Of a stretch of DNA of 64,000 nucleotides, positions 31,601 through 58,224 are shown piece by piece (the stretch's first letter is position 1; the number at the start of each line of letters is the position of its first letter). A program made the position numbers and the translations under genes. The notes below the pieces were generated by a model, which worked only from the letters and a program-made list of their open reading frames with translations, searched no databases and had not been told where the DNA came from. The stretch comes from Sphaerodactylus townsendi. Taxonomy: Eukaryota. The stretch covers positions 87,420,001 to 87,484,000 of the forward strand of contig NC_059430.1 of assembly GCF_021028975.2 (NCBI RefSeq), given 5' to 3'.

Positions 31601-32647
31601 TGTTTTAAAACTTACTGAACACACAAAAACAGCTATTCATTTCCTCTGTTCTAGGAGCTTGAACTGAAGGCATCCATTTGGTGGGCTAAATAGTTACCAG
31701 TAGAACTTCTCTAGATCCGTCTTTCATTTGGGACTTGTTTTCATATTTATTGCTTTCTTCACCAGTACCACTTACAGACTCATCTCCTTGGACCACAGAA
31801 GAGCAAAAACTTTTAGAACAAGCTTTGAAGACTTATCCGGTGAATACCCCTGAACGGTGGGAGAAAATAGCCGCTTCTGTTCCAGGCCGATCTAAAAAAG
31901 ACTGCATGAAGCGTTATAAGGTAAAAAAAAAAATGGTGCTCTTTTCATTTTAGGAATATATACATGTAGTTGTGTCTTTGAGTACCAAAGCTTTTTTAGA
32001 CATGGAGAGAAGTCCTTAAAGTGTTTTTCCTGCAACAGTGCTCAGTCTCTGGTGTCATACTAAGTTTTCCTTGGGCAAGTTGTGACCAAAGTTAATAGTC
32101 ATTTGCTAAGAATTATCATGATCAACTTTACTTCTCTAGATTACTCAAGATGGCAGCAAAGTTAAGGGTTCTTTACCACAGCAGAATAAAGCCCAACCGT
32201 CTGGGACTGGCTGCAGTAAACAACTAGTTCCCAGTAGCATTTTACATTAATATCACTTTAGGTACATGTGGTCTTATTACTCCACACAACTGTAAACTGA
32301 ATTCATCATGATGATGGTGGGTGGGTAGTAAGAAACTTCAGAAAAACTGGCCAGTATGTACCCAGAGCAGGGTACTGTGCTTCTGCTGCTCACTTCAGCT
32401 GTGTGCTGCTTAGGTTAGAATCCAGTAAGGATGAATGTTCAGCATCAGTGATGACAAAAGATCTCCAAACATGAAAAAGCCAGAAACAGTCATTTAGCCC
32501 AGGGTCTGCCCAGGAAGTGCTGTTAGTTAAGGGAAGCTAAGTATAAACGATTTTCTCTCTCTTCTGTTTTAGGAACTTGTTGAAATGGTGAAAGCAAAGA
32601 AAGCTGCCCAAGAACAAGTACTGAATGCTGCTAAAACTAAGAAATGA
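10103..32647 (+). CDS. DNAJC2: DnaJ homolog subfamily C member 2 (MPP11/ZRF1, zuotin-related), complete; 17 coding exons, 1863 nt, 620 aa
   Basis: Exons 10103-10163, 13069-13259, 13802-13877, 15954-16052, 17166-17307, 18155-18235, 19309-19374, 20848-20939, 21034-21155, 22604-22753, 26294-26382, 26469-26538, 28684-28868, 29443-29543, 31197-31304, 31766-31920, 32573-32647 join in frame. J domain with KHHPDK, zuotin homology region ([12 protein letters not shown]), charged middle domain, two SANT/Myb domains. Confidence 0.98.
11823..11970 (+). mobile_element. 5'-truncated Penelope-like element fragment
   Basis: TGCCAGCCACAAATGCAGGCGAAACGTCAGGAG...AGCCTTCAACAATA, homologous to the copy at 24070-24244; 11-bp flanking direct repeat TATTAGGAGGT (11812-11822, 11971-11981). 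Confidence 0.8.
12780..13035 (-). mobile_element. old L2-like LINE 3' fragment
   Basis: Minus-strand peptide [17 protein letters not shown] matches the L2 ORF2 C-terminal motif (RAFSVAAPxLWN); boundaries approximate. Confidence 0.65.
13069..13259 (+). CDS. DNAJC2: DNAJC2 exon 2
   Basis: cag|(A)[20 protein letters not shown]...[10 protein letters not shown]|gtacg. Confidence 0.96.
13802..13877 (+). CDS. DNAJC2: DNAJC2 exon 3
   Basis: cag|[25 protein letters not shown](H)|gtaag. Confidence 0.96.
13946..14239 (-). mobile_element. tRNA-derived SINE (Squam3/MIR-related type)
   Basis: Reverse complement starts CCAGCGTAGTATAGTAATTAAGA (A-box-like), has a GGTTTGATTCCC B-box and ends in a (TTC/TCC)n tail; homologous to the 23353, 30251 and 51419 copies. 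Confidence 0.85.
14790..15260 (+). mobile_element. old L2-like LINE fragment
   Basis: Peptide [21 protein letters not shown] resembles the L2 ORF2 motif VHALVTSRLDYCNxLY; degenerate. Confidence 0.65.
15954..16052 (+). CDS. DNAJC2: DNAJC2 exon 4 (HPD motif)
   Basis: tag|(H)[32 protein letters not shown](A)|gtaag. Confidence 0.97.
17166..17307 (+). CDS. DNAJC2: DNAJC2 exon 5
   Basis: cag|(A)[27 protein letters not shown]...FERNS(R)|gtgag. Confidence 0.96.
17361..17700. mobile_element. degenerate non-autonomous hAT-type DNA transposon with internal hairpin
   Basis: Imperfect TIRs GAGAGTCGTAGCT / AGCTTCGTCTCTG; imperfect 8-bp flanks GCTGATAT/ACTGATAC; internal inverted repeat 17477-17569. Confidence 0.6.
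18155..18235 (+). CDS. DNAJC2: DNAJC2 exon 6
   Basis: cag|(R)[26 protein letters not shown](W)|gtaag. Confidence 0.96.
19309..19374 (+). CDS. DNAJC2: DNAJC2 exon 7
   Basis: cag|(W)[21 protein letters not shown](C)|gtatg. Confidence 0.96.
20848..20939 (+). CDS. DNAJC2: DNAJC2 exon 8
   Basis: cag|(C)[30 protein letters not shown](D)|gtaag. Confidence 0.96.
21034..21155 (+). CDS. DNAJC2: DNAJC2 exon 9
   Basis: tag|(D)[40 protein letters not shown]|gtaag. Confidence 0.96.
21776..22139. mobile_element. 364-bp GC/CpG-rich PIF/Harbinger-type MITE
   Basis: 18-bp TIRs GGCCGTTTCTGCACGGCC / GGCCGTGCGGAAACGGCC (1 mismatch); 3-bp TSD TTG. Confidence 0.85.
22604..22753 (+). CDS. DNAJC2: DNAJC2 exon 10
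   Basis: cag|[18 protein letters not shown]...[12 protein letters not shown]|gtatt. Confidence 0.96.
23353..23656 (-). mobile_element. young tRNA-derived SINE (Squam3-like)
   Basis: Reverse complement: GGAGCAGCAGTGGCGTAGGAGGTTAAGA...GGTTTGATTCCC...(TTC)n tail. Confidence 0.9.
24070..24244 (+). mobile_element. Penelope-like element terminal fragment with minimal hammerhead-like motif
   Basis: CCT CTGAAGA TGCC AGCCACAGAT GCAGGC AAAA CG TT AGG...GAAAGCCTTCGACAATA; 11-bp flanking direct repeat TGAAGTGATAT (24059-24069, 24245-24255). Confidence 0.82.
24276..24468 (+). mobile_element. CR1 LINE 3' end (young)
   Basis: Near-identical to 47683-47880; ends in a (TTCTTATG)n octamer tail. Confidence 0.88.
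25759..26240 (+). mobile_element. solo LTR (482 bp)
   Basis: TG...CA termini (TGTCAG...TTAACA); perfect 5-bp TSD ATTGT (25754-25758, 26241-26245); AATAAA at 26179-26184; TATA-like GATATAAG near 25843. Confidence 0.8.
26294..26382 (+). CDS. DNAJC2: DNAJC2 exon 11
   Basis: cag|[29 protein letters not shown](S)|gtatg. Confidence 0.96.
26469..26538 (+). CDS. DNAJC2: DNAJC2 exon 12
   Basis: tag|(S)[23 protein letters not shown]|gtaat. Confidence 0.95.
26905..27121 (+). mobile_element. degenerate tRNA-derived SINE with LINE-like tail
   Basis: B-box-like GGTCCAATCCC and 3' end GATGGATTAATGGTCTGATTCAGTGTAAGGCAGCTT...GTGTTC. Confidence 0.6.
27703..28114. mobile_element. 412-bp non-autonomous hAT transposon (hAT1/Buster-type termini)
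   Basis: TIRs CAGTGATGGTGAACCT / AGGTTCGCCACCGCTG; perfect 8-bp TSD GTATATAT (27695-27702, 28115-28122). Confidence 0.9.
28684..28868 (+). CDS. DNAJC2: DNAJC2 exon 13 (start of SANT1)
   Basis: tag|[14 protein letters not shown]...[26 protein letters not shown](R)|gtaca. Confidence 0.96.
29443..29543 (+). CDS. DNAJC2: DNAJC2 exon 14
   Basis: tag|(R)[33 protein letters not shown](D)|gtatc. Confidence 0.95.
30251..30527 (+). mobile_element. tRNA-derived SINE (Squam3-like)
   Basis: GAGAGCCAGCATGGTGTAATGGTTAAGAGC head; TTCTTCT tail. Confidence 0.85.
31197..31304 (+). CDS. DNAJC2: DNAJC2 exon 15
   Basis: cag|(D)[35 protein letters not shown](V)|gtaag. Confidence 0.96.
31766..31920 (+). CDS. DNAJC2: DNAJC2 exon 16 (SANT2)
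   Basis: cag|(V)[51 protein letters not shown]|gtaaa. Confidence 0.96.
32573..32647 (+). CDS. DNAJC2: DNAJC2 exon 17 (stop)
   Basis: tag|[24 protein letters not shown]. Confidence 0.96.
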   Translation, partial: ELVEMVKAKKAAQEQVLNAAKTKK

Positions 32648-32683
32648 GATTCTTAATGACAATCTTAATGTGTTTTGTTTTAT

Positions 32684-32689
32684 AATAAA
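32684..32689 (+). terminator. putative polyadenylation signal of DNAJC2
   Basis: AATAAA 37 nt after the stop, followed by GT/T-rich sequence; a second ATTAAA at 32847-32852. Confidence 0.65.
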
Positions 32690-32959
32690 AATGCAAATAC
32701 AACACCTGGTGTTTTTTCCTCCTTTGGACAGTTGTACAACTTCAAGTTTGCAGACTTGAATTTACTCGGAGTCATGGTGAATGAGTGTTTGAACTTTTTA
32801 AAAAGACTTGTCACCTGCTTCTCAATGCTTATTTGGCTTGCTAAACATTAAACCTGTGTTGTAATGGATGAGAAATAACTTTGCGAGTCTCTAGAGTTGT
32901 GCAGCAGTCTCCCAAAGGGTCCCTTCTGCTTGTAAGAGAGCTTCACAGTGAATGCCTTG

Positions 32960-49007
<16,048 letters not shown>

Positions 49008-51418
49008 CTTAGCGCGAGGGTGCCCGAGAGAGGGCGAGGAGCACTTCCGGGGAAAGGCGGATGTCGATATTTCAATACATATCACTTGTAAAAAAATTTG
49101 TCTGAGTGTGTGTTTCTATCCGCCATCCTTTTCTCCGCTCCCTCATTTTGTTCCAGGGCAAAAATTACGAGGATTAAGTAGAACATTCTGTGATCTTGTG
49201 TAGGATTGACAGGTTTCTTTCGAAATGTCGTGTTTGGTACAAGTAGAAGTCATTAATGTAATGAATGTAAAGTCATCTCTGGGAATGTTATCTCTGGGAA
49301 TTTCTTAATTTGGGAGCTGCACGCTCACCTCCTCTTTGTGTTCCATTTTTTTCTCTCACGGTATTTTTTCCTGGTTTATGAATAATGAAATTATCTTGAG
49401 CTGGATGCCAATTTCCCAATTCTCCCTCTCCCCCACTTTCTGCTTTAGCCGGATTCTACTTGAGTTTTACTTAAGGAAGAAAGATTGCAGAATGAGGAGA
49501 CTACGGAATGGCCACGCAGATTTTTTTAAAAAAATTAAAATCTCAGTGTAGGCGTTTTGAAACACGTTATTAAGAAAATGAATATATTTACCTATGTATA
49601 ACTCTTAGTTATACTAAATAAATATATTCAGACCGCTGCTGAAAAACAGGAATACATGGTCCTAACAGCAGAGGATTACCAGAGCCATAGAAGAGCAATT
49701 AGGAAGGTGACACCTTTTCTCCTCTAGGGCAACAGAAATCAAGCATGAAATACTGGCTTGGGATCCACCCCCAGGGGAATCTTTACTAGCAGGGATGGAC
49801 ACTGTTGAAAAACCTGGACAAAAAAGTATCGGAAGTGAATGCCACAGTATGCCTGGACATTGAGGTGTGATAAATCACTCCAAGTATGTATAAGTGTCAC
49901 CTCTGTGAATGCCTTTAACCTGGGAGCTGCCCTCTCGCCTCCTCTTCCCATTGTTCTCTCTCACTCATGGACTTTAATAGAAACAGATGTTTCTGCAGGT
50001 CTATCTTGTAGAAACAATAGCTCATACTTGCACGCATACGATGCTAGACCAACTGGTGACTTGTGACAGGAAAACGTATTCTCTAGATAAGTTGCTTTTT
50101 TCTTTCAAATGCAACCTGAATGTGAACAGAATTAACTTGAATAAATGAAAGTTTTACTTTTTTGCAATCTTGGCAGGATTATTTACTTCATTCAATATCA
50201 TGCTTCTATGACTGGGCAAACTCTGCTATATTAACCAAATACTCAATAAAACTGTTGTCCATAGCCCGGGTCTCTTGCAACAAGAGACATTCAAATGCAC
50301 CAAGAAATTTAAAAAGATGAGGGAGTTTAACTTTAGAACCCTGTCCTGGTACATTCCATGAAAGTACATGAAATTCAGGAAGTCAATACTCAGCAGCCTG
50401 TATACATGCCACCGCTCCCTAAATGCTAACCATACTGACTACCCTATGCATAGAACCTCTCTCAAGAAGTTCCTCAGTGGGGCTGAGGGGAAGAGGGACA
50501 TGCTGGGAGACCTGTAGCAATGGCTGAAGGTCCATCTCTTCTAACTTACTGACATTCGTCTCAACAGAGGGATGTCTTAGATTGTTCTTTAATAAGAATA
50601 ATGGGGTTGGCTGTGGTACATTGTGAATAACAGGTGGCAGAGATCCATCTTGATGAGGGAGACCCAATGGTTTGAGGTTAGCAACATTCTCCAACCCAAG
50701 CAATTCACCCCCTCAAATTGGGTCTTAGCTAAAACCCAGAGCCCCAGCTTCCTTAAGAGCCAACAGCCCAGAATATAGAACCTGCCGCCTGCTCACCAGG
50801 ACATTTTCTTCAGGGGACAAGCAATTCAAGTCCCACTGACTAATCCAAAGTGGCTGGAGGAGGTGGCATATTGTCTAATCCAGCTGGGTCTTAAGAAGAA
50901 TAAACTGTGGGAGGCTGAACACTCAAATACTTGCTATTGAGCCTAAATTGGCCCACTGAGGCGTAAGAAAGGGGTAATTACCAAATTTCCTGAAAACCCA
51001 TGCCACTGTCCCTTGTTTCTCCCCACAAATCCAGCTTCGGAGCGTGATTGGAAAAAAAGATGCACTTCATTTCAGGTTCTGAAAAAATGCAAGATGTGGG
51101 GGGAGTGCGTGCCAGAACCAGGAGTAATCCATGTTCGGCACTTAAGCAGTGGAGAATTCTTACTTACACCATGTTTTTTCACGTGACTATCACACAATAA
51201 ATTGACCGTGGGGAATCGACCTATATGCCACTGCCCATTTAAGACTGAACAATGTGACATTTTGGGAAAACTGAGATGGCAGTTAGAGATGACACTTAGC
51301 AGATTTTAGTGCTAAAGTGATTTGGATTTTGAAAGTGTTTTAGTTCATATTTTGCATATTCCTAAGAAATAAAAAATATCAAATTATCCACAGATCCTGC
51401 CTTTTCGCCCAGCTGCAC

Positions 51419-51705
51419 AGCCAGCATGGTATAGTTTTTAAAAGTGGTGGACTCTGATCTGGACAACCAGGTTTGATTCCCCACTTTTCCACATGAGCAG
51501 CAGAGTCTTATCTGGTGAATTGGATTTGTTTTCCTGCTTCTACACGATTCCTGTTGACCTTGGGCTAGTCACAGTTCTTCAGAACTCTCTGAGCCTCACC
51601 GACCTCACAAGGTGTCTGTTGTGGGAAGAAGAAGGGAAGGAGTTTTTAAGCCACTTGGAGACTCCTTACAGTTGAGAAAAGCAGGGTATAAATCCTTTTC
51701 TCCTC
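51419..51705 (+). mobile_element. tRNA-derived SINE (Squam3-like)
   Basis: AGCCAGCATGGTATAGTT...GGTTTGATTCCCC...; homologous to the 30251 copy. Confidence 0.85.
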
Positions 51706-54603
51706 CTCTCCCACAGACACACATCGGCCTTCTCCCTCAACTCAGAGGTTATTTCTTCCAGTCATTATGTGTTTTCTTTTGCTGTCAAGTCATAGCTAAG
51801 TTAAGGTAACCCACAGCATTGTCAAGGTAAGAGGTGGTTTGTCATGTCCTGCCTGAATCATGTGACTGATATTGTTTGGAGATCTTCCATCCAAATACCT
51901 GTCAGGGTCAATACTGAGAGTGTGTGACTGACCTAACCTAAGGATATCCAGCAAGTTTCTATGACAGAGAGGAATTCGAACCTGTACTTCTCAGATCCTG
52001 TTCCAACACCTTAATCACTACACGACACTGGCTGTCATGAGATATGCAAGAACAACTTGGCAATAAGGACCCACTGGGGGAATACCGGTACCTGCTGCAA
52101 TGAAAATACTGGTTAACGTTACTCTTCTCATGATGATCAGAGATCAAAGGCCAAGCACATAAGGGCAGAGCCTCTCACAGATTCCAAGCAAATCTCAAGG
52201 TAATTACTCCATCTCTTTCCTTTCAAAGGTCTCATTTCCTGACTAAACACACTCTATCTCACTCCTAAAAAGAGCAAGTAAATTATAAATCAGAAACATA
52301 TCATAAATCACACATCACCCAAAGCACTTCCCTGTCACCATGCTTGGTTTTTCTTTTCTTTTTTTTGCTTGCAGTTTCCATTCAACCTTTGGACAATTAG
52401 CAATCCATAAGACAATGTCTGCATCTTTACTTGAAGCCACTGTTTTACCCTCACATATCTCTTGAGCTTTTCAGCCTCTTTTGGAAACATGAAAATATTC
52501 CCTGAAAATTTACAACTCCTTTCTTGCTGCTTATAATTTACAAAGCTAGAATCTTCTATACCTTGATTCAGTGATTCACTCTCTTATCTTCACACTCGGC
52601 AGAATAAAGAAATTCCATTTAGCTTTGTGTCAGATACTGTGGAGAAAATTACCCAAGCAACACAGTAGCCGGTAGGTGTTCTGAACCAGCCTTCTAGAGC
52701 TGTAGGCTGGGAGGCAAGACTTGGTGAAGCACTGACAGCTGGTTTCATCAGCTGCTTTTGTGCTCTTGTATGCACATTCATTCCATACTTTTGCCTCCAC
52801 ACCAAGTGCAAGAACACAGAACAAAGCAAAACCAAATTAAAAACTCAGTGATTATAAACATCTATTACGTCACTTTGCAAAATCTCTTGTCTCAAGTTTT
52901 CCAAGCCTCTTGGAAGCAGAAGTTTGTCACTGAACTTAATTCCAAATGCATTCTCATTCCCACCCTTCTTGTTGAGCTGTATCTCTTTTTGTCTTGAGTA
53001 GCATTCCAAGTCTGGGTGCATTGCTGCTGCCTCCAGAGGTTTCTCTCAGCACATCCTTGAAAAGAACAGGCAGATTTTCTGATCAAATTGTCTTTCTATG
53101 GCAAGTTAAGGAATAATCAATCTCCTTCTTTCTTGCTGCTCCTGAACTGGTTCTCAAGCCACATCAACTCCAGCTCTGGTCTAATCTTCAAATGTAAATC
53201 ACCTCACAAGTTCTTATCTAGGAGTAGATTCTGTAAGACTATCAGGGTTGATCCACCCAAACCTGACTATTATAACATGGTGAAACTCAGAAATTGCTCT
53301 CATCACCAGCTGAGTTCATCCAGTAGGATGAAGTTTCAAAGTAAGGATAATAGGCACCCTGTAATGTATCAGCCATACTGCTCTATAGACCTTTAGACAG
53401 CCTCCAAGGAAGGACATTTGCCTGTGGAACATCTGTCATAGCAGCCTGAATTTGCCCACTAAGTCCATCCCATGTTATCCATGGTCTGTAAAGTATTTTC
53501 CCTGTGGCCCACTGTGCACAAGGGCAAATAAGTCTATAAGAAGCTCTTCTTCCATGGCTACCTATCCTCTTTCTCCACAATACTCACTTTTATATCCAGT
53601 AACAGTGACAAAGGTTCATGCTTGTAGCAGCAATAATATTGTTTGGATGTCCTAGATTACAAGCACTTGGTCCCCCTTGAGACAAAACCTATTTGATTTT
53701 CATGGAGCAACATAGGTAAAACATGTTTAAGCAAACACGTTTAAGCAAACATGTTTAAACAACAGTTTTTAAAATCAGTTTTTATTAAGAATACTGGCTT
53801 GTAGCTAGAGCAGAAAAGTAGATCTTTCCCTGACTTAGGAAGTTCTGCAATATATGCTTCATATATTGACCTTGACAAGACCCCAAAATCTTATGCAACT
53901 CTTACAATCTGAACCAAATGAGGTCCTTATATCATTTCAAAGGATACGTATCTGGCCCCAGAGCCTTTCTACTTTTCATATTTTAATTGGTTTTTCAATC
54001 TCAGAATCTATTACAGGAGCTGCCAGAAATTCCTGTTCCTGGTTGTTCAAAGCTGGCTGCTGTATCTTGCCCAACTCTGAAACAGCCTCTGCAGAAGATA
54101 CATGGTCTGCAGAACAGACAGCTGAATAAACATATTGAATTGGTTATTAATTGATTTGGGAATGTTAAAAACTGTTACCTTTAGTTGCTGCATTATAGTT
54201 GCAGCCTGCAGGCCTGTACCTTCTTTAGTCTAAAAGCCAGTTATTTGCCAGCTTTTTCTCCTGACTACGAATAAATTGATACAGGACAACATAAATTCAG
54301 CTTGCAGTGAGAACAATTTGATACTGTCATATCTGAGTTTCATTATGTTATGATAGTTGTCATGTTTTAATGTTTCAGTGTTTGCCACCTTGGGGAATCT
54401 ATTTGGGAGGAAAGGTAGCATACAAATGTTTTAAATAAGTAAATAAAGTAAAAAAACAAAAGCAGTATCAAAATATTATGGCTTCTTGTGGTTTGGTTCT
54501 AATTTCTTAGGCTCCTCAACTTATTCTGTGAGAAGTGTAAGTTATAATGAAGTTTTAAGAATGTCCCACAAAATGGGCAATCGGACTCCATGCAAATAAT
54601 TGG

Positions 54604-54661
54604 GAGATAGGAAGTCTTTAATATGAAGCTCCGAGATAGGAAGTCTTTAATATGAAGCTCC
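54604..54661 (+). repeat. 29-bp perfect tandem duplication
   Basis: GAGATAGGAAGTCTTTAATATGAAGCTCC x2. Confidence 0.95.
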
Positions 54662-54876
54662 ATTTCCTTTTTAAAGGCATCACTGGAAAGAATAAATGTA
54701 TTTAACTTCCATAAAGGCCCTCCTCACAACCTGAGTTCTATTCCAGCAGAAGTCTGTTTCAGGTAGCTGGCTGAAGGCTGACTTAGCTTTCCATGTTCCA
54801 AGGCTTGCTGGGGGTAAAGTGTAGATGATTGGGGAAGGAAATGGCAAACTACCCCATAAACATGGTCTGCCTAGTA

Positions 54877-55024
54877 CAGGGGTAGGGAACCTGTGGCTCT
54901 CCAGATGTTCAGGAACTGCAATTCCCATCAGCCTCTGTCAGCATGGCCAATTGGCCATGCTGGTAGGGGCTGATGGGAATTGTAGTTCCTGAACATCTGG
55001 AGAGCCGCAGGTTCCCTACCCCTG
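54877..55024. mobile_element. 148-bp hairpin hAT MITE (third full copy)
   Basis: Same termini as 6275-6422; 8-bp TSD GCCTAGTA (54869-54876, 55025-55032). Confidence 0.93.
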
Positions 55025-55997
55025 GCCTAGTAAATGTTGTGATGTGATGTCATCCCATGAGTCAGTACTGATCCAGTGCCTGAACGCTCTACCTTTTCAA
55101 AGGCCCTATGAGGTTCCTCCTGTATCAGCCCTGTCTTCCTGCCCTCCACTATCCTGTTCAGGATTGGGCAGATTCCCTTTGTCAAGAGAATAAATATTTT
55201 GGCATATCCAGAGAGACTTCACCTTTTTCCTTCTTACCACACCTCATAGCTCAGAAGTTAGGTGTTGGTGTTTGGAGATCAAGGTCATTGGTCAATTAGC
55301 TGGTCTGAGATCATCCTCATTATTTTCTTCCAGCTGTTCTAGTTTCTTGGAGCCTAACTGAATGAGTTTTGGTTTAGGAAGAAGAGGAGTAGAGCAAGCC
55401 TGTTTTTGAGAATGTTCAGACCAATGTGTAATCTAGTTGGTGATCATTTGATGTGGCTAACTCAGGGCATAAATTAGTTACTCAGTGTTACCAGTTATCT
55501 TTCCTTTCATTTGTCAGTGCTGCACCTCTACCTCATTTGAAGAACTTTGCACATGTACTGAAGACTTATATAATAATTTATTTGCAAGTATTCTGTCTAG
55601 TATGTAAGCTATATTCTTTGTTGATTTATTGTGTACCTGAAATGCACCTTATGATTTTGTGTTCACTGTATGCTTTCTGTGTATGCTTCTGTTTTACAAC
55701 CGTTCTCTTTTTCAATAAAAAATATAAAAATTCTGTTTTGAGTTTGGAGAACCGGTTCAGGGCCTAGAGCTCAACACTGTTATGACACCAAGATTGGATC
55801 AGGTCATTGACACCCTTCAGGCCTCAGAATGAGAAGGAGAGGCGATTCTGTCACCTGGCTTCTCTTTCTTCCCAAGATTGGCTCTCACACCCTCTCTCAC
55901 ACTAACTCACTTTCTGTCTCACTTGCTCACTTAAAGGGATTTGGCCTTCCTAGTCAGGACCTAGTCAGGAAATCCTCTTTTATAAGACTTGTTTCCT

Positions 55998-56251
55998 GGT
56001 AAGGATGCCATGCTCCAGGTGAGAGCTGGGGATCACCTGGAATGATGACACATCTCCAGACTACAGAGATCAATTTCCCTGGAGAAAATGGATTTTTGGA
56101 GGATAGACTCCATGGCCTTATGCCCCTCTGAGGTCCCAGTCCTCCCTGGGCTCCATCACTTAATTTCCAGAAGTTTCCCAGTCTCGATCTGGCAACCCTA
56201 CTGCCCCCCCCCCATCCCCTGCCAATGGCCAGGGGGCAGCTGGCAACCCTA
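55998..56251. mobile_element. degenerate hAT-like MITE with TAGGGTTGCCA-type termini
   Basis: TGGCAACCCTA twice at the right end, TAAGGATGCCA at the left; related sequence at ~9230-9525. Confidence 0.55.
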
Positions 56252-58224
56252 GTTACTGTTTCTGGGCCCAATCCAGCCCAGGTTCAGTTCCCTTGGAGTA
56301 ACCAATAGGAAAGGGCCAGACCCTGCCTTCCCAGGGTGTGTCACTGACTAGTTTCCTCCTGTGCATACCCACTGGTCTGGGATGATACCTTTTCCCTTCT
56401 CTGCCTCTTGCCTGGCCAGACTTGGCATCGACAAGGGCTCTCTTCTGCATGTGCTGCTGGGGGGTTGGCTGGTTACCCTATCTGCTTTGTGGATGCCACT
56501 GCTGCCTCTCATTCGTCCATGCCCTTGTGAGGCCTGTTCCTGATTGGCATGACTTTCAATGGCTTCCCACTGGACTGCTGCAGTAGCAGATGGTGAGCTG
56601 GAGTTCACACCCTTCCTTGGCAACAGAACCATTAGTGCCTTCTTTTCCAGCTCTTGCAGGTAGCTGCAGTTTGGACCCCTGAGAAGATTGTGAGCTGGTC
56701 CAAGTGCAAGCCGGGCCCTGGCTCTGATAGACATTTCATGGAAAGAAGTGGCATATCATAACATGCAGCATTTACTACATATGGTCAAAAGAGATTACAA
56801 CAATTCACAACAAAAATAAAACTTAAATCATAAAGAGGTAAACAGTGGAGGCACATCTCAAATGGAACAATCAAATATAGAAAATTTCACTCACAAGCAC
56901 ATTTGAGGAATTCTCTTTGCAGGGTGAGAGCAGAGAGAAACAGTGATCTCCATTTTCACAATGTTTGAAGTAACTTTACAATGATTGGCAAGGTATAGAC
57001 AATTAAAATCTAATTGAGTAACTATTATCTTGTACAAGCAGTCCTTTCTCAGCTTCTTTTATCCTGCTAACCTGTTCCTTTTTTTCATGACTGAGATTAA
57101 TCCATAAAGTTGGTCATAATACAGGCCCAATGAAGTGTCCTGATGAATGGAACAGCTTGCACAAGATGTTGGCAGTTCAGTTGGTCCTAATAAACAAGTA
57201 GATTTGGTTTCTTGTTCTGGGTTTTGTGTGGGCCAGTATTTCTATTTTCATTTTCTTCCCAATTTTTTGGAAGAGTCAAAGACTTTTACAGATGGGGAAA
57301 AAGCTCGTCAACCATCAGAGTTCTTATCTCTCTTTCTGTTGCCTGGTTTCCAGTGTTTGTTTAATGTGTATTTGCTGGATAAACTCAAGATACTTCCTTT
57401 AAAGGAGGCCAAGACTCAATGAAATAGTAATCTCAGTATGTAAGATTAATTAATTTATTTTTCCACTTCCTTTGTCACAAACATATTTTATTGTCTTCAG
57501 TATTATTCATTCAGGATTTTTGTTACATTTTGCTACAAGCTCTGAAAATTCACAATTAAAAATCTTGTTAACACAGTACGGTTGAAATGCTATCCCAGAA
57601 ATGTATTTAGCTTATAAATACTGTTCATATTTAAACTTCAAAAATAATTGTATAATTCAATGTTAAAGGAAATCTGTAGTTGAAGATTACAACTGTTATT
57701 TTTTTCAGTGACTTGTGCTTTTTCTGTTTTACTTAATATCCAAGGTACATTGACTGAAACAAAAGAGGACAAACAGACCCATTCCTGCATGACAATCTAA
57801 GCAGTTGCATCAAGGATGAGTTATATTCAAGAAGCTCAATAAATTGTCCAAGGTCATAAAGGGTATTAGTAGCTCAGCCAGGATTAGAACAGAATGATCA
57901 TCCACCTTCCTTTTAAACCAGACTATGCCACTGTTCAGCTCACTGAAACTAGGGTCCTACTGTGTACGTAATGTATTATTTAAGGTGCAATGTTAAGACT
58001 TCCGCTTATGGTTTCCTTCAGCTGTTTTTCAGATTTCTGATCGGTTCAAAAACCTTAATCCTATTGCATTGTTTATTGAATGCCCCACACCTTTGATTGT
58101 ATTGGCTCTGTGCAATCTGACTTGGTCCAAGTGAGAAAGGAGGGGGATAAAAAACATCCATCCATCAATACATTTCCATGTCAAGATCTCTTTCTTTTCA
58201 GGTGGTGGAACTGGGGGGCTTATT

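Noticed and set aside
50400-51270. Coding-like stretch upstream of PMPCB
   Set aside because: No motif I could recognise in any frame; may be an old retroelement, but unsupported without a search.
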